Below, in pieces: positions 42,101 through 54,187 of a stretch of DNA of 64,000 nucleotides. The notes beneath the pieces are model-generated. The model was given only the letters and a program-made list of their open reading frames with translations. It was not told the origin of the DNA and did not search any database. Each line of letters starts with the position of its first letter. Positions within the stretch are counted from its first letter, which is position 1. This DNA comes from Euglena gracilis (taxonomy: Eukaryota), in contig CP154954.1 in NCBI GenBank assembly GCA_039621445.1, positions 16,014,140 through 16,078,139 on the forward strand, given 5' to 3'. The translations under genes and the position numbers were made by a program.

Positions 42101-43157
42101 TCCATCCAGCTGGAACCGGCCACCGAAAATCCAGCAAAGGCTGGTTTGGGGGTTTCCAGCTAAAATTTAGAGGTATAACGGCCAAAATCCTCAAAATACC
42201 ATTTTTGCCCCCCCCCCTTTCTTACAAAGATTTTTGCTGTTTCAAAGTTCGATGCCTGGCTCAGAAGCTTTTCTTCCCCTCGGGGGAGAAAACCCACTTT
42301 TGGGTAACTCTATTTTTGGGTCCAACCTCCCTGAACCCTTCACACCTGAGCCAAGAACTTTCTTTTGGCAAAGAAGCAAATTTTTCCAAAGTCCGTCACA
42401 GCAGAATGTTGACAATCTGTTTTTTCTTCTTCCAGAAGTCAGTGTATGTCAGTGCATGCCTTTTTGCAATTGTGTGTACTTGTGTGCGGTTTTATACAGT
42501 GATTTTTTTTTGCCTGCCCGTGTGGATGTTTTGCACCCCCCCCCCCCTGGGTGTCCCCCCACTTTTCCATTTTTCCCCAAGGCACACATTTTTAGGCCAA
42601 TGTTTTCATGCAAACTTTAGGAATAGCTGGGGGCCCTCACCCCCCCCCCCATTCTGGCTTGGAGGTACCTGACCACCCCCCCACCCATCAGGCGTTTCGG
42701 TGTGGCCCCGTTGATGTTGATATGGCGGCTTGGCCACAAGCCCAGAGAGGGGACAGTTGGCCCAAAACCCCAACGGCTTCCACCCGCAACGCAGGGCTAC
42801 AGGGCCCCTCCCTGCCCCACTTCTTGCCTCCCAAGTGGATGGCGAGTGGATGTCCGTCATGCGCAGGCATCCCGATGCGCTGCAGCCCCTGCAATGTGGT
42901 CTGCGACAGAACTATGCGTGCGTGGGCTTTGTTGTCGGATTGTGTGTTTATTGCGGAACGAGTTGGGAGGAGAACCAGCGACCCGAGCTTCCTGAAAACA
43001 TCTGGATTCTTTTCCACCAACAGCAATTTTGAGAGACAGACCAGTTTTGAGAGGGGGAATTAAAATGGCAGTCAAAACAAATTGATGGTGAAGATATCAC
43101 GGCAGCTGTTTTTTGTTGCACCCACCAATGGGTTCAAGCACCCCCAACCCAGCCCCA

Positions 43158-43398
43158 GGCGCTTGGCTCCACTCCTCCTTGCATGTGCACCTGTCCCCCT
43201 AAAGTTGGGCTTCAGCCTTCCCTTGCCACCTTGGCCGCCCATTTTTTAAGGTTTTTGGCCCATTTTGCGCATGCCGAAATTCTGAACATGCAAACTTGGC
43301 CCCCTAAGTTGGCCCTCCCGGCCTTGCCATCACAATTGACGGCAAGGCCAGGGTTCCAACCTTCGGGACAAGCGCAGCCAAGTCGGGGGCCAAGCGCC
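43158..43398. mobile_element. MITE-like element with GGCGCTTGGC TIR
   Basis: GGCGCTTGGC…GCCAAGCGCC termini. Related copies occur at ~30418-30562 (inverted), ~31848-31995 and ~37865-38025, sharing CTCCTCCTTACATGCAAACT. Confidence 0.6.
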
Positions 43399-43639
43399 CA
43401 GTATGCAATTTGCCCCCCTTTCAATCATGGCTTGGGCAAATCCCCCGGCTGGGGGGGTGTGGCCGATTTGGGCCACAGAAATGAACCAAGATATTGGCCC
43501 GGAGGAGGTCAGGCAGATGGAAGGAGGGGTCCCGGACCTCCCAAGTGAAGTCATCAATGAACATTCACTGGGGAGGGGTACCCTCGGCCGGTGAACCTCA
43601 CCAGTTTGAGGCTCAGGGGTGAAATTTTGATGTGCCTTT

Positions 43640-44700
43640 TCTGTTGTGTATATTTTTTTGTTCTTTTTCCACACCCCCTGCTCAGCCTGCAGTCCAATTT
43701 TTGGCTGGTCTAGAGGTGACCGCACGTGGACTGGCACGGGTACTTGCACCGGCACCCGCACCGGCACTGGCACTGGCACGGGCATGGGCAATTGCACCGG
43801 AACGGGCATGGGTCCACCAACACTGGCCTTTCCAACACACATCGGTGGGCCCCATTGAATTCTGGCGCTCCTACCTGTGAGGCACCCTCCGGGATGGTGC
43901 CTGCGCAGGGAGGGCTGGTCAAGGCCTCGGTGGCACCTTCGAGGGCCTGGACACGGCTTCCGGGGCATCCTTCTGCATAGCACTTTGCATGAGGGTGAAG
44001 GCCTCAACGGCAACACTTGGGACGGCACCTGCACAGGGGGGAGGGCTACGCATTGCCACCGGGGCACCCTCTTGGATCAAAACGCGGTTGATAGGGCTGG
44101 CCGCGTCCCCCTCGGCACCCTCCAGATTGGCTCCGGCTCCACGAGGGGGGCTGCTCGAGGCCTCACGGGGGTCCTCTGCTGTGTTCAGCTGGATGTTGGT
44201 TGGAGGTTTGGGAAATGGCTGCAAACCCTCCGAAACAAAACGGACCGCCCCGGCAATGGTGTGTCGTCGGCCCCTGGTGCCTGTGGTGTACCGTGCGGCT
44301 CTTAGGTGTGGACCTCCTCCTCCACAACCTTGACGATGGGGGCTCCGAGAGGCAGTGTGGGGATGGCCGCCAGGGTGTTCAGGCACGAGCTGAGATCGCT
44401 CATTTGACTGCTTGGAGGTGGAACTGGGGGGATTTGCGGGGGCGGGGGTTGTGGTCGGTGTGGGACAAAGGTCTGCCAGAACGATGGATTGTTGGCTTGC
44501 CTGATGTGTGGGGCTGGGTACCTGGGGTTTGGGGGCACGAGCTGACCCTTGGGAGCGCAGGTATTGAAGCATCTTCCGAAACCAGTTGTGGAACTCCTTG
44601 GTGCGGACATCGGAGGCCTGCCACCGGCGTTGCAGGAAGCAGCTCCAGACCGAACAATCGAGTTTCTCAGGGTAGGGCGACGTTGGCGATGCTCTCTTTG
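43640..44700 (-). pseudogene. Degenerate proline/valine-rich ORF (PVPV repeats)
   Basis: One minus frame reads QIPPVPPPSSQMSDLSSCLNTLAAIPTLPLGAPIVKVVEEEVHT*…PRAAPLVEPEPIWRVPR…PPVQVPSQVLP…PMPVPVQLPMPVPVPVPVRVPVQVPVPVH, with three stops. Confidence 0.35.
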
Positions 44701-45075
44701 AAGTCCCGCATATGGGAGAATGCTTTCCTAGCTTGCGATGAAGCGTCCCATCAGCACCCCACCAAGCTGCGGGCGGGGTCGGTGGTGTCTCACTTGGGGT
44801 ATGGAAGGGGACTCCTCCTCGCGGTCGAAGAGCGTGGTACGTAGGCGATGATGCGGCAGCGGACACCGAGGGAGAATACGCCAGCAGGGTCTGTGAGGTC
44901 TGGTTGAGGGTCATAAGTAAATTCTTCACAAGTAAGGGTACGTTTTGTGCAAAAGTACATCAATGTGGTGACCTTTGGCTCAAGGCACTGGTAGGAACAA
45001 ATCCACGTTTTTGGATTGTGGTCTTGGACCTGACCTGGAAAATCGGTGCACAGGATGCGATTTGGGTGCTGTGCC

Positions 45076-45389
45076 CAGGGCGGTCCTTAAGGGACAGGAA
45101 AGTTTTTTTTTTATTTCCTTAAGGACCGCCTCCCTTTCAGCCAAAGGGCCGGCTAAGGGCCAGACTGGGACTTGAACAGGGACAAAAATTAAACAGTCAA
45201 AAAACACAGTTTTTGATGATTTGGGTGGATGGACGATGGTCCAAGGGTGCCAGGAATCATTTTTTTGCCTGATGTCGACCTGTTCTCGCTGTAAATGCCA
45301 AAATTTCGCCCATTTTCCTGTGTATTTTTCACTGAGTGTGCTGGGACAGCGGAGTTTTTTTTTTATATATTTGCTTAAGGACCGCCCTG
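45076..45389. mobile_element. hAT-like MITE, 314 bp; exact nonconventional-intron geometry (45073-45394)
   Basis: Perfect 16-bp TIR CAGGGCGGTCCTTAAG / CTTAAGGACCGCCCTG and perfect TSD GCTGTGCC (45068-45075, 45390-45397). Confidence 0.93.
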
Positions 45390-45397
45390 GCTGTGCC

Positions 45398-48168
45398 CAG
45401 CGTGTCGGCTTCCACAGAAACCCCAGATGTACGCCTGCTCTCTTCTGACAGGGTTCTCCGGCAAGTCTTTGCCCCGGCCCCCCTCCCAAATATGGCCGCC
45501 CCGTTCAGCCTCTTGCAGCAGCTCCCCGGCAAGTCCGACCTGTGGCTGCAGCTGCGCGGCTCCGAAGCGGCTCGGACTGCGCCCAGACCACATCACACGG
45601 TAGACCCCGAAGATCGTTGCCTGCCACCCTGTGAAGTTGCCTTCATCCCCTGGCCTCATATCCAATCTTGACCATGCACATGGGGGGAAGAGACCCGGTT
45701 TTGTGATATTGATTGGAGAGGCACGGGAACTTTTGCCGGACCCCGGTGTGTCCAGCCAGCCAGCCAGCGTCTTTTCCCAGCCTCGGACCCCGTCCCCTGC
45801 ATAGCCCGGTTTTAATCTCTGTCCAGCCCCCGAAGGGCGGCTGCAGTGTAGTGTATTTTTTCTTCAAATGCAAAGTGCATGGGTCAAAACGAGGCAAACG
45901 GGGGAAAATTTGTAAGAATCGGTCGAATATGGCCTGCCTAGCTCAAAAATTGGTCAAAATCGATTTTTTTTTACATGATTTGCAGATGGCTTTTTTTCCT
46001 TCAGTTTCGATATTCTTCTAATGCCTGGCTCAACCCCGCAACAAGCCTGTTCCATCCGGGAGACTCTACGACAGAGGGGTTGGTAGCAACATTTCGCTGA
46101 CCGATATTGCGGCCTGCCCCCGCTCTCCGTCTTGCAGGCTCATCATACTCTCGTCGTGGCAGGAGGCATTGCTGGCTGACAAATTTGCAAGGGTGGACGG
46201 ACCCATGAGCGCCAGCGGGAATGCTTTTGAATCGGTCACACCAGCGAATGATAAAACTGGCAGTAGTTGCCACGTTCTCGCATGCATTGACGACGTCAAG
46301 TCCCACTCTTTTCAGCCACACGTGTGTGCCGTATGATGCAAAAAAGTTAGTCGATGATTTTGGGAAAGCGGCCGAAACCGATGAGGTATTTGGGCAATGG
46401 GAGGGTGTGTGCTGTCCACAGTCCCCGTGTTTTGGCTGTGGGGTGGCAGCAGAGAGATTCACCCTACCTGAGATGGAGGGCAGGTTGCTTTCAATTCAGC
46501 GGGCTTTCCGGCCACCTAATATTTAATGGTTCAGACCAGCGCTGCGCAGGCAAGACTGAAAACTGGTCGTATGGTCATGGTCATAACACTCTGTCCATCC
46601 TCTTACGGTTCCAGGAGTTTACCAGACGCCCACCCTGTTGTAGGTAAAGCCCTGCTTTCAGGCATTATTTTTTTTAAGTCAAATAACTTGAAACATTTCC
46701 TAGGTTTTAAAGTAGGCATTTTGCAGGGTTGCTTTAGTTTTTTTTCCTTCGGATTTTCTTTCTTTGGGTTTTTCGGTGTTTTAGGATTCTTTAGATTCCC
46801 AGGATATTTTTTAGGGGCCGCCTGGGTCCAAAATTACTAAGGTGAAACCCGTTTTCCTCAGTTAGCGTGGTGCCATAAATTCTTTTTTCCCGGAGTTGGT
46901 TTGCTTTTTTGTTTTTGCAACATCATTTTTGCTCGTTCAGAAACAAGCTTTGCCAGAATGATTTCTAAGAGTTTTTTTTATATAGAGTTTTAAGGCTTTT
47001 TTTTCAAAATTTTGGCCATTTTTCTGGTTTTTTAAGGTTTCCCCAGCACTGCTCCCAAGTCCCGACCCGTCCAAACCTGGGGGCCCTCTCCCCCCTCGTC
47101 GTTCCCCCAAGTCCCCCTACGGCTCCCAGTCCTCTCCTCCAGCCTGCGAGGCCGGATTCCCATGTGATTTTTTGTAAGTTTTGCCTGACATTGGCAGACG
47201 TGGACAATTGAACATTGGACAGATATTCTATTTTGGAACGTTCCAACGTTGCTGTGCCGGGGGGGTCAGTAGTTGCGTTACACTGCAGGCCCGCGCCTTT
47301 GGGGGACAGGGCTGCCAGCTCCCTGCCCGCCCCCGAACCCCTGGCCCCCGGGGTGCTGGACTGCTGCCCCCCGCACTGCGGGCTGCAGCTCGCCGGGGCT
47401 CCCCGGGCTGACTGGGCGGCGGGCCCGTCGGCGCCGCTCACCCGCCCGTCCCCGCACCGTGCTGCCGGATGTGGGGACGTGCAGGGTTGCTTATGCCTGC
47501 CCTCCCCCTCCTGGCTGCTTTTTTTTTGGTCTGTTGGTTTGGGGAAACCGATTAACCCCTTTTGGCAGGGCGTCTGGTTTCTGGCGTCTGCATTTCTGTT
47601 GACGTTGTTTTGTGTGGTTTTGTTTTGGGGGGGAGTTTGTATTTTTGCCCCAAAACCTGACTTGTCCAGCGTACCTCCCGAGTGAGTGCTTGCCACCAAG
47701 CACCTATGAAATGACCGGGCGTGAGCGGGCATGACTGGGTCTGGGATTCTGGATGACTGTGGGTGCTTGCCTGCTACTCATTCCAGCCAAGCAACTGCAT
47801 GGGTGGGACTGTCTCACTGGCAGAGCCCGGCATTATCATCGCTGACGTGCCGCTCTCCCACGCACTCCTGCGGCCCGAGGTACATGGCGGCCAGGCAGAT
47901 CCTCTGACAGACGGGCAACTGATGCCGCGGTGAGGGTCTGCCTGCCTCTGATCCCCCTCTGATGGGTCCCAGCCTACCTCCCCCCATGTCGCCCAGGAAG
48001 GCGGCAGCCCACCATACGGTGCACAATCCGTACTCCTTTGACGGTGCTTTGGCAATGTTCAGTTTGCTGTACAGCAGTGTGTGTGTCTGGGGGGCAGGGG
48101 ATGTTCAGCTTTCGTCTAACTCCCGGAGTAAACGACGCGAGTCAAGAAGGAAAGCGCTCATTTCTTGA
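45398..48168 (+). pseudogene. Paralog B of the HNPY-motif gene family (gene or pseudogene)
   Basis: Colinear exon-like blocks homologous to A and C lie at ~45450-45595, 46105-46460, 46534-46610, 47043-47142, 47300-47485, 47787-47888 and 47950-48168 (…HTVHNPYSFDG…). Confidence 0.6.
47889..47949 (+). other. Nonconventional intron (61 nt), paralog B
   Basis: GGC-CAGGCAGATCCTC...GAGGGTCTGCCTG-CCTCT|G forms a 13-bp terminal stem with one G-U pair. Same position and length as 7419-7479. Splicing gives PLSHALLRPEVHG|DPPLMGPSLPPP. Confidence 0.85.
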
Positions 48169-48654
48169 TTCACCATTTCAATCATTGTTCTGTTCATTTT
48201 ATTGGATTTCCCATGAAAGTCTTCCAGAATTGCACATTTCTGGGTTTTAGCAGTTGGAAGTTGTCCACATTGAGGACTGCAGCCCCATTTCAAGGCCGCA
48301 CTCTTTTTATTCGGTCCTCCAAGGTTTAGGGCCAATAGGTCTTCCTCGTTTCTAAACCTGGCCCCAGGCCCCTTGCGATGGCCCTCAATGTGTGGTCCAC
48401 GTTGGCTCGTGATCAACTCAAAAGTCTGACAACCCGTACCCAGACTTTCCCCTCCCTCCTCCCTCCCTCCCTCCCTCCCTCGCTACACCTTTTGTGCACC
48501 TGTGCACTTGGGCAGGTGCACCCCCGTATGTACCGTGGTAGCTTCTGTGGAGATGATTGGAGCTATTGTCTTTTCTGTTTCAGATAGAGCTTTCAGCCCC
48601 TCCCCCCGAATGAGATCTCCAATGTAAGCGCTCGGTTTAGATGCCGGTTTGCAT

Positions 48655-51585
48655 TTACACCTGGGTCCTGCTGATTACCGACGGCGCCTGCTTGGAGTAC
48701 CTGCTGGTGGAGTTGTGATGGCAGCTGCGACTCCACTGGACAGAGTTGCTGCTGCGGGATGCCTAGGTCCTGTATCGTACAGTGCGCCACCGCGACTGCC
48801 CTATGGCGCAACAGCCCATCGTGGCCCCTGAGGACGTCCAATGCAGATGAAGGAGTCATTCAGCAGACACCTGAGTCCCGGCGGCATCCACCTGACTGGG
48901 CCTGACTGGAATCAGTGGTCACGAGGAGAGAGCGGAGGGGTGTCGGGCAGGCAGCAGATGGCGGGGAAAGTCTGTGTGCTACGACAACTTCTGGAAGCAC
49001 TAGATGCGGTCCACCCCGTTCGAACCTGTCCACACCCAGGACTGCACCGCCATAGCCATCGTGGTCATCGTGCAGACGACCCTGGTGGCCATCCCGGAGT
49101 ACCCAAAGTGCCCTTCCGTGGAGAGGGTGCTGTGCTGCGTCCCACTGGTGGCCAGGCGCCCAGTGCAATCAGTCCTGGCGGACTTCGTGCAGCATCACCA
49201 ACATCGCTGTGTCCCCGCTGGATGGCAAAGCGTGGACGTTCCCAATCAGTACACTCAGGACTTTGTTTCTTCTTTCTCGTGCTATATGCCGTGAAAAACA
49301 ATGATTTTCAGTGGATTGCTAGCAGAATTGCGGATGTGCAAGCTTTGTGGTATCAATTGGTTGGCGCAATTGTCTTTACAAGTCTTCACAGGCACCGTTT
49401 GTGCAATTGTGAAATTCTAATGTTTCAATAAGTGTTTGGGTTAGGGTTAGACAGTTCGAGTAAGGGATGGCTCGACAACAAAATCTGAATCCTGCATTTT
49501 TTTTGGGTTGCCTCCGCGGAGCCCCCGTGGAGGCTCCGCAGAGGATCTGGGTAACCAGTCTCCACAGAGGCTCCGCGAAGGCTCCGTGGGTCCAAACAAC
49601 CAGCCTCCACAGCGGTTCCTCAGAGGCTCCGCGGAGGCTCAGGTAACCAATTTGCCAGAGCATGGCAAGACACATGGAAATGAACGGGAAAATCTCAAAA
49701 AAAATGGAACGCAAAAAGACATTTGAGCCTCACCTTGCACAGAGTAGTGATGCCATTTTTGTTCTGGGGGGGCATCACCTCCCCCAGACGAGGCCGGTGT
49801 CAAAAAATGACGCCAAAAAAGGAGCCAACAAAAAGTGAATTGTATGCCAAAAACTTGGCATTCAATGAGATCCAAGTGTGGGGTGACAGGGGGGGGGTGG
49901 CAGCGAAGGGGTGTGTGTGGGGTGGCAGCAGGGGGGGGATGTGGGGTGTGGGGGGGTGGAGGGGGGGGGTACTGTGGGTGCACCACTTCACGTCATCTCT
50001 CACTTTGAGATTGAAAATTTTAGCACTTCGAGCCAAAAACAAAATAACAACAAACCGGCCCCCAAAAAGGCTGAGGTATGATGCCCCAGGGTAAATTATA
50101 AGCCGAAAAAGACTGCACACACACGCACACGAACATTACTCCCGTTTGATAAATCTTTTCTGTGGAATTTTCGATACTGCGGGCAAAAATCACAAACTTT
50201 CGATCGAGGAGGGGAGGTGTGGGAGGTCGATGCTGCTGGTTTCTTTCAGGTTCGGTCACACAAATGAGCGACCCTGAAAAGCATTGGCGGGCGCGGGGCC
50301 CATTTTCCCTTCGAAACAGCCAACCTTTGCCATCGCTCCCCAACCATTTACCAAGCTCAAAAACGATGCCTTGGGTCGTTAACACTCGGAGAACAGGAAA
50401 AAAGGCCGAGAAATGATGCCCCAGGGCCCATTATAAGCCGACAATATTATAAGCCGACAATATTATAAGCCGACAATCCTGAACGTAACCCAAACCCTAG
50501 CTCAAACCAAACCCCAACCTGAACCCTTAAACCAGGGCCCCACCTGCTGGTGAGGTCCTGGCGTGGTCAATTGCCCTTTTTCTGCAGTGGAAAGCAATAC
50601 TCTTCCATTCACTTGCAAATTTTCTTCCGTTTTGCACTCATTTTTTCCATTCTTGGAAGAGTTTTGCATTTGCATGGTTTTTTGTGTGTTTTTCCCTTTA
50701 ATTCTTTTTTCCCAACATTCTCATTTTTTATTTTTCAGGATTTTTCTTTGCATTTTTTAGCACACTTTTGCACGCTTTTTTCCCTGAAGATGTCCAAAAG
50801 ACAGATACAGACACTCAGACACACATATTGACAAACAAAAAAACATCCAGGCAGAGATGGGAAAATCCGTGATATTTTTTTTGCGGAGAGAAACTGGTCA
50901 AAACAGCATTCATTCATTCATTCATTCATTCATTCATTCATTTCATAAAAACTGCAAAAAAATCAGCTAATTGAGATTTTGCAACTACAAAAAATCTTCA
51001 GAGTCCCCTCACAGAGCTGGGGAGCTTCATAGATCAGGGCTATAATGGGGAGTTAAGGATAAGACTCCATGGCAGCAACCATCCTGTAGCAGCGGTTGCC
51101 GACTTCTGCTGGCAATCAGGGATGGGACAATCCAAAAGCAAGAGCAGACCCTGAAACAAACGAGGAGAGTGGGGCAACCTGTGAATGTCCAATGCTCTCA
51201 GGCAATTGGGCTCCTTCAGTAACTCCCAATTTGTTTCTTGTATATCCTTGTATAAAATCCTTGTGTACAGATGAAAATTCTTAACATATTCAATAAATCT
51301 ACAGTGTGCCCGGCAAATATCAATTTTCGGGAAATTGTCACCTGTCAAATCAGTGAGTATGGAGGGAGGTGACAGGTCCCTATAAAGATGGGTCAGCGGT
51401 GCAGTGCTAGAAGCCACATTCTCCCGGGGAGTCCGGGTAGCCAACACAAAAATCCGAAAATGTGGTATTTCCACACATTTGCGATCAGCAGCCACAGAAA
51501 TTCAAGCAATTTTTTTCGACTCGGGAAGTGTGATTTTTCGACAAGAATGTGAAAAATCTGAAAAACATATAGGTTACAGGTCTGC
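48655..51585 (-). repeat. Inverted segmental duplication, copy 2 (empty Tc1 site)
   Basis: Matches 11761-14886 plus 16292-16438 in reverse. It has a single TA at 48802-48803 where copy 1 holds the Tc1 element. Confidence 0.95.
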
Positions 51586-52699
51586 GGATAAACCAGGTTT
51601 TGAATAATGCTGAGCTCTTAATAAGCGCTCACCCACCCCTTCATTGACACCCCCATATAAACCGGCCCACTCCATGGAGCTCTGTTGACTGAAATGCAAA
51701 GGCTTTGTGCCGGAAACAGGGCGCCGGGGGGGTGGAAACCCACTAATTTTTGGCTCAAAATACACCTTTTCCGGGTCTGGGGAGCCAAAAAAACAGCGCT
51801 TTGAGCGAAAAAAATTTTCGATTTTTTTCGTGTTTTTTGACCCGAAAATGACCAACAGTGGGTTGACGGCCCATGACGGGGCGCTGGCGGGTCGAAAAAA
51901 CGCTCATTTTTCGGCCCAAAAACAGTTTTTCTGGGTCCAGGAGGCCAAAAAACATCGCTTCGAGCAAAATTTTTTTTCGATTTTTTTCGACTTTTTTGAC
52001 CCGAAAATGACCAAAAATCAATGGGTTGGCGGCCCAAAACGGGGTGCTGGCGGGTCGAAAAACGCTCATTTTCGGCCCAAAAACAGTTTTTCTGGGTCCG
52101 GGAGGCCAAAAAAACAGCGTTTCGGGCCAAAATTATCACGGTCTACCCAGGGGGGGGGGGCGGGGGGGGGGGTTGGACCCCCTTTTCCCTGGTGCTAAGC
52201 TTCGCTCTTACTCTAAAGAGATAAGAGCTCAGCGACCAGGGTGTGACGTAGAGCTGAGCACTTTGGGAGACTACCCCGGCGTCCCAGCCCGGCCCGGCCC
52301 GGCCCGGCCCGGCCTGGCCCGGCTGCGGCCCTGTGGCCCGTCGATGCCCCGCCCAACCTGGCCAACGCCTCGGCGGCCCAGCCCGGGCTGGGGACGGGGG
52401 TTGTTTTTGAGCTCGTTTTCGGCTCAAAAACACCTTTTCCGGGTCCGGGAGGTCAAAAAACATGGTTTTGGACAAAAAAGATTTTTTCGAATTTTTCCAA
52501 CTTTTTGACCCAAAATGGCCAAGTCCACCGGCCGGGGGGTCCGCTCGGAAAAATTTTTTTCGCTCAAAAACAATTTTTTTGGTGTTCTAAAGTGAAAAAA
52601 AAATGTTTTTGAGCGAAAAAAAAATTCAAAATTCTGGATCCCGACCTGCCTCCCGACGCCCAGCCGCCCTCACGCCCGCATTATCCAAAAATAATCTCA

Positions 52700-54060
52700 A
52701 GGGTGGACGGGCGTCCACAAGGGTGGACGGACCCACGAGTGCCAGCGGGATTTCTTTTGAATCGGTTGCGTCACTGAATGACAAGACTGGCAATTGCCAC
52801 GTGCTCACATGAATTGACGACGTCAAGTCCCGCTCCGTGCAGCCACACGTGTTCCTCATACGACGCGAGGAACTTTGTCGATTCTTTTGGGAAAGTGACC
52901 AAAACCGACGAGGTATTTCGGCACAGGGGACAGCCCCCATTTTCGGCTGCGGGGTGGCAGTGGAGCAGAAGCCACCCCACCCCAGATGTAGGGCAGGTTG
53001 CCTTTGCTTCAGTGGGTCCAGCCAACACCCTTCCCAGCCACCTGAAGGACCCCCCCCCCTTTGGCAGGGCAGAACAGGAATCGGCCAAACATCCAGGGTG
53101 GTGGGTAGGGGGGTCAACCCACCCCCCATCTCCCGGGTTGGGGGGGTTTCCGCCCCCCCCCCCCCCCACCAGGCCTTCCCGTAAAGCCCTGCCCCTCGTG
53201 CATTGAAAACCATCGGTCAGCTGTAGTGACAATTGAGGGATGCATGACCAGAAGCACGGTTTTATCCAAAGACCAGGAACACCAGAAAGGATGGGCCAAT
53301 TTTTTTTCCACGATCTTTGACAAGATTTTTGCCCATGCAGTGCCTGAAGCGGCATTTTTTAAAAAAAAATCTGATATTTAATGTTTCAGATCAGCGCTGC
53401 ATGTGCAAGACTGAAAACTGGTCATGTGGTCATGGTGATACTACTCTGTCCACCCTCTTACGGTCCCAGGGGTTTTCTGGAAGCCCACCCTGTTGTATGT
53501 AGAGCCCTGTTTTCACGCATTGTTTTTTTAAATCAAACATTTTCAAACATTTTTAAGTTACTCTGAAGTTATTTTTTTTATTGTCTTTGAGGCGTTTTAA
53601 GATTTTTTAAGGTTCTATTTTCCAAGGGTCGTCTGGGCATTTGACAGGCCCAAAGTTGAAACCCTCATTTTTTCGAGTTTGAGTGGATAGACAATGTTCC
53701 CCCGATGCCAAATTTTTTTCCGGAGTTATTTGTTTGTTTTTTGTCGAGATTTTGCGACTTCAATTTTGCTCGGTCAGATAAATATTTTGCCAGAGTAATT
53801 TTTAAAGGTTTTTTCAGGGGTTTAAGGTTTTTTTTCCAACATTTTGGCCAATTTTTATTTTTTAGGTGCCCAAAAATAATGTCTGCTTGCTTTGACCACA
53901 GACGGCTCATGGTCGGCAGGGAGTTGGATTCTGTGCCTGTCTCATGGCCAGCGTGATGTCCAGCACTGCCCCCAAGTCCCGACCCATCCAAACCTGGGGG
54001 CCCTCTCCCCCCTCGTCGTGCCCCCAAGTCTCCCTACGGCTTCCAGTCCTCTCCTCCATT
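52700..54060 (+). pseudogene. Paralog C, partial copy of the same family
   Basis: RVDGPTSASGISFESV..NDKTG.CHVL*IDDVKS matches B 46190-46300 with synonymous changes and one in-frame TGA. SDQRC..KTENWS.GHG..TLS.LLR (53390-53463) and QHCPQVPTHPNLGALSPLVVPP (53960-54060) also match B. Confidence 0.6.
53065..53191. mobile_element. Short (127 bp) derivative of the 3936-4556 MITE family
   Basis: CAGGGCAGAACAGGAATCGGCC…CCACCAGGCCTTCCCGTAAAGCCCTG; the TSD is decayed (CCCTTTGG / CCCCTCGT). Confidence 0.75.
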
Positions 54061-54091
54061 GCCGTGGGGGACCATTGGTGGCCCTGAACAG

Positions 54092-54187
54092 GTGGTGGCC
54101 AGTTTTGGGCCACATGTGTTGGCCAGTTTTGGGCCAGATGTGGTGGCCAGTTTTGGGCCAGACGTGGTGGCCAGTTTTGGGCCAGAT
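54092..54187 (+). repeat. 24-bp tandem repeat (GTGGTGGCCAGTTTTGGGCCAGAT) x4
   Basis: Direct reading; degenerate copies continue to ~54415. Confidence 0.9.

Noticed and set aside
46066-46299. Assigning the gene family to the minus strand (MSLQDGERGQ frame open in A, B and C; NEE..LALN.GG near 7820 and 48320)
   Set aside because: These frames share third positions with the plus frames. The intron border polarity (R…Y|R), acceptor sites and HNPY frame favour plus, but this is not fully excluded without stranded RNA data.
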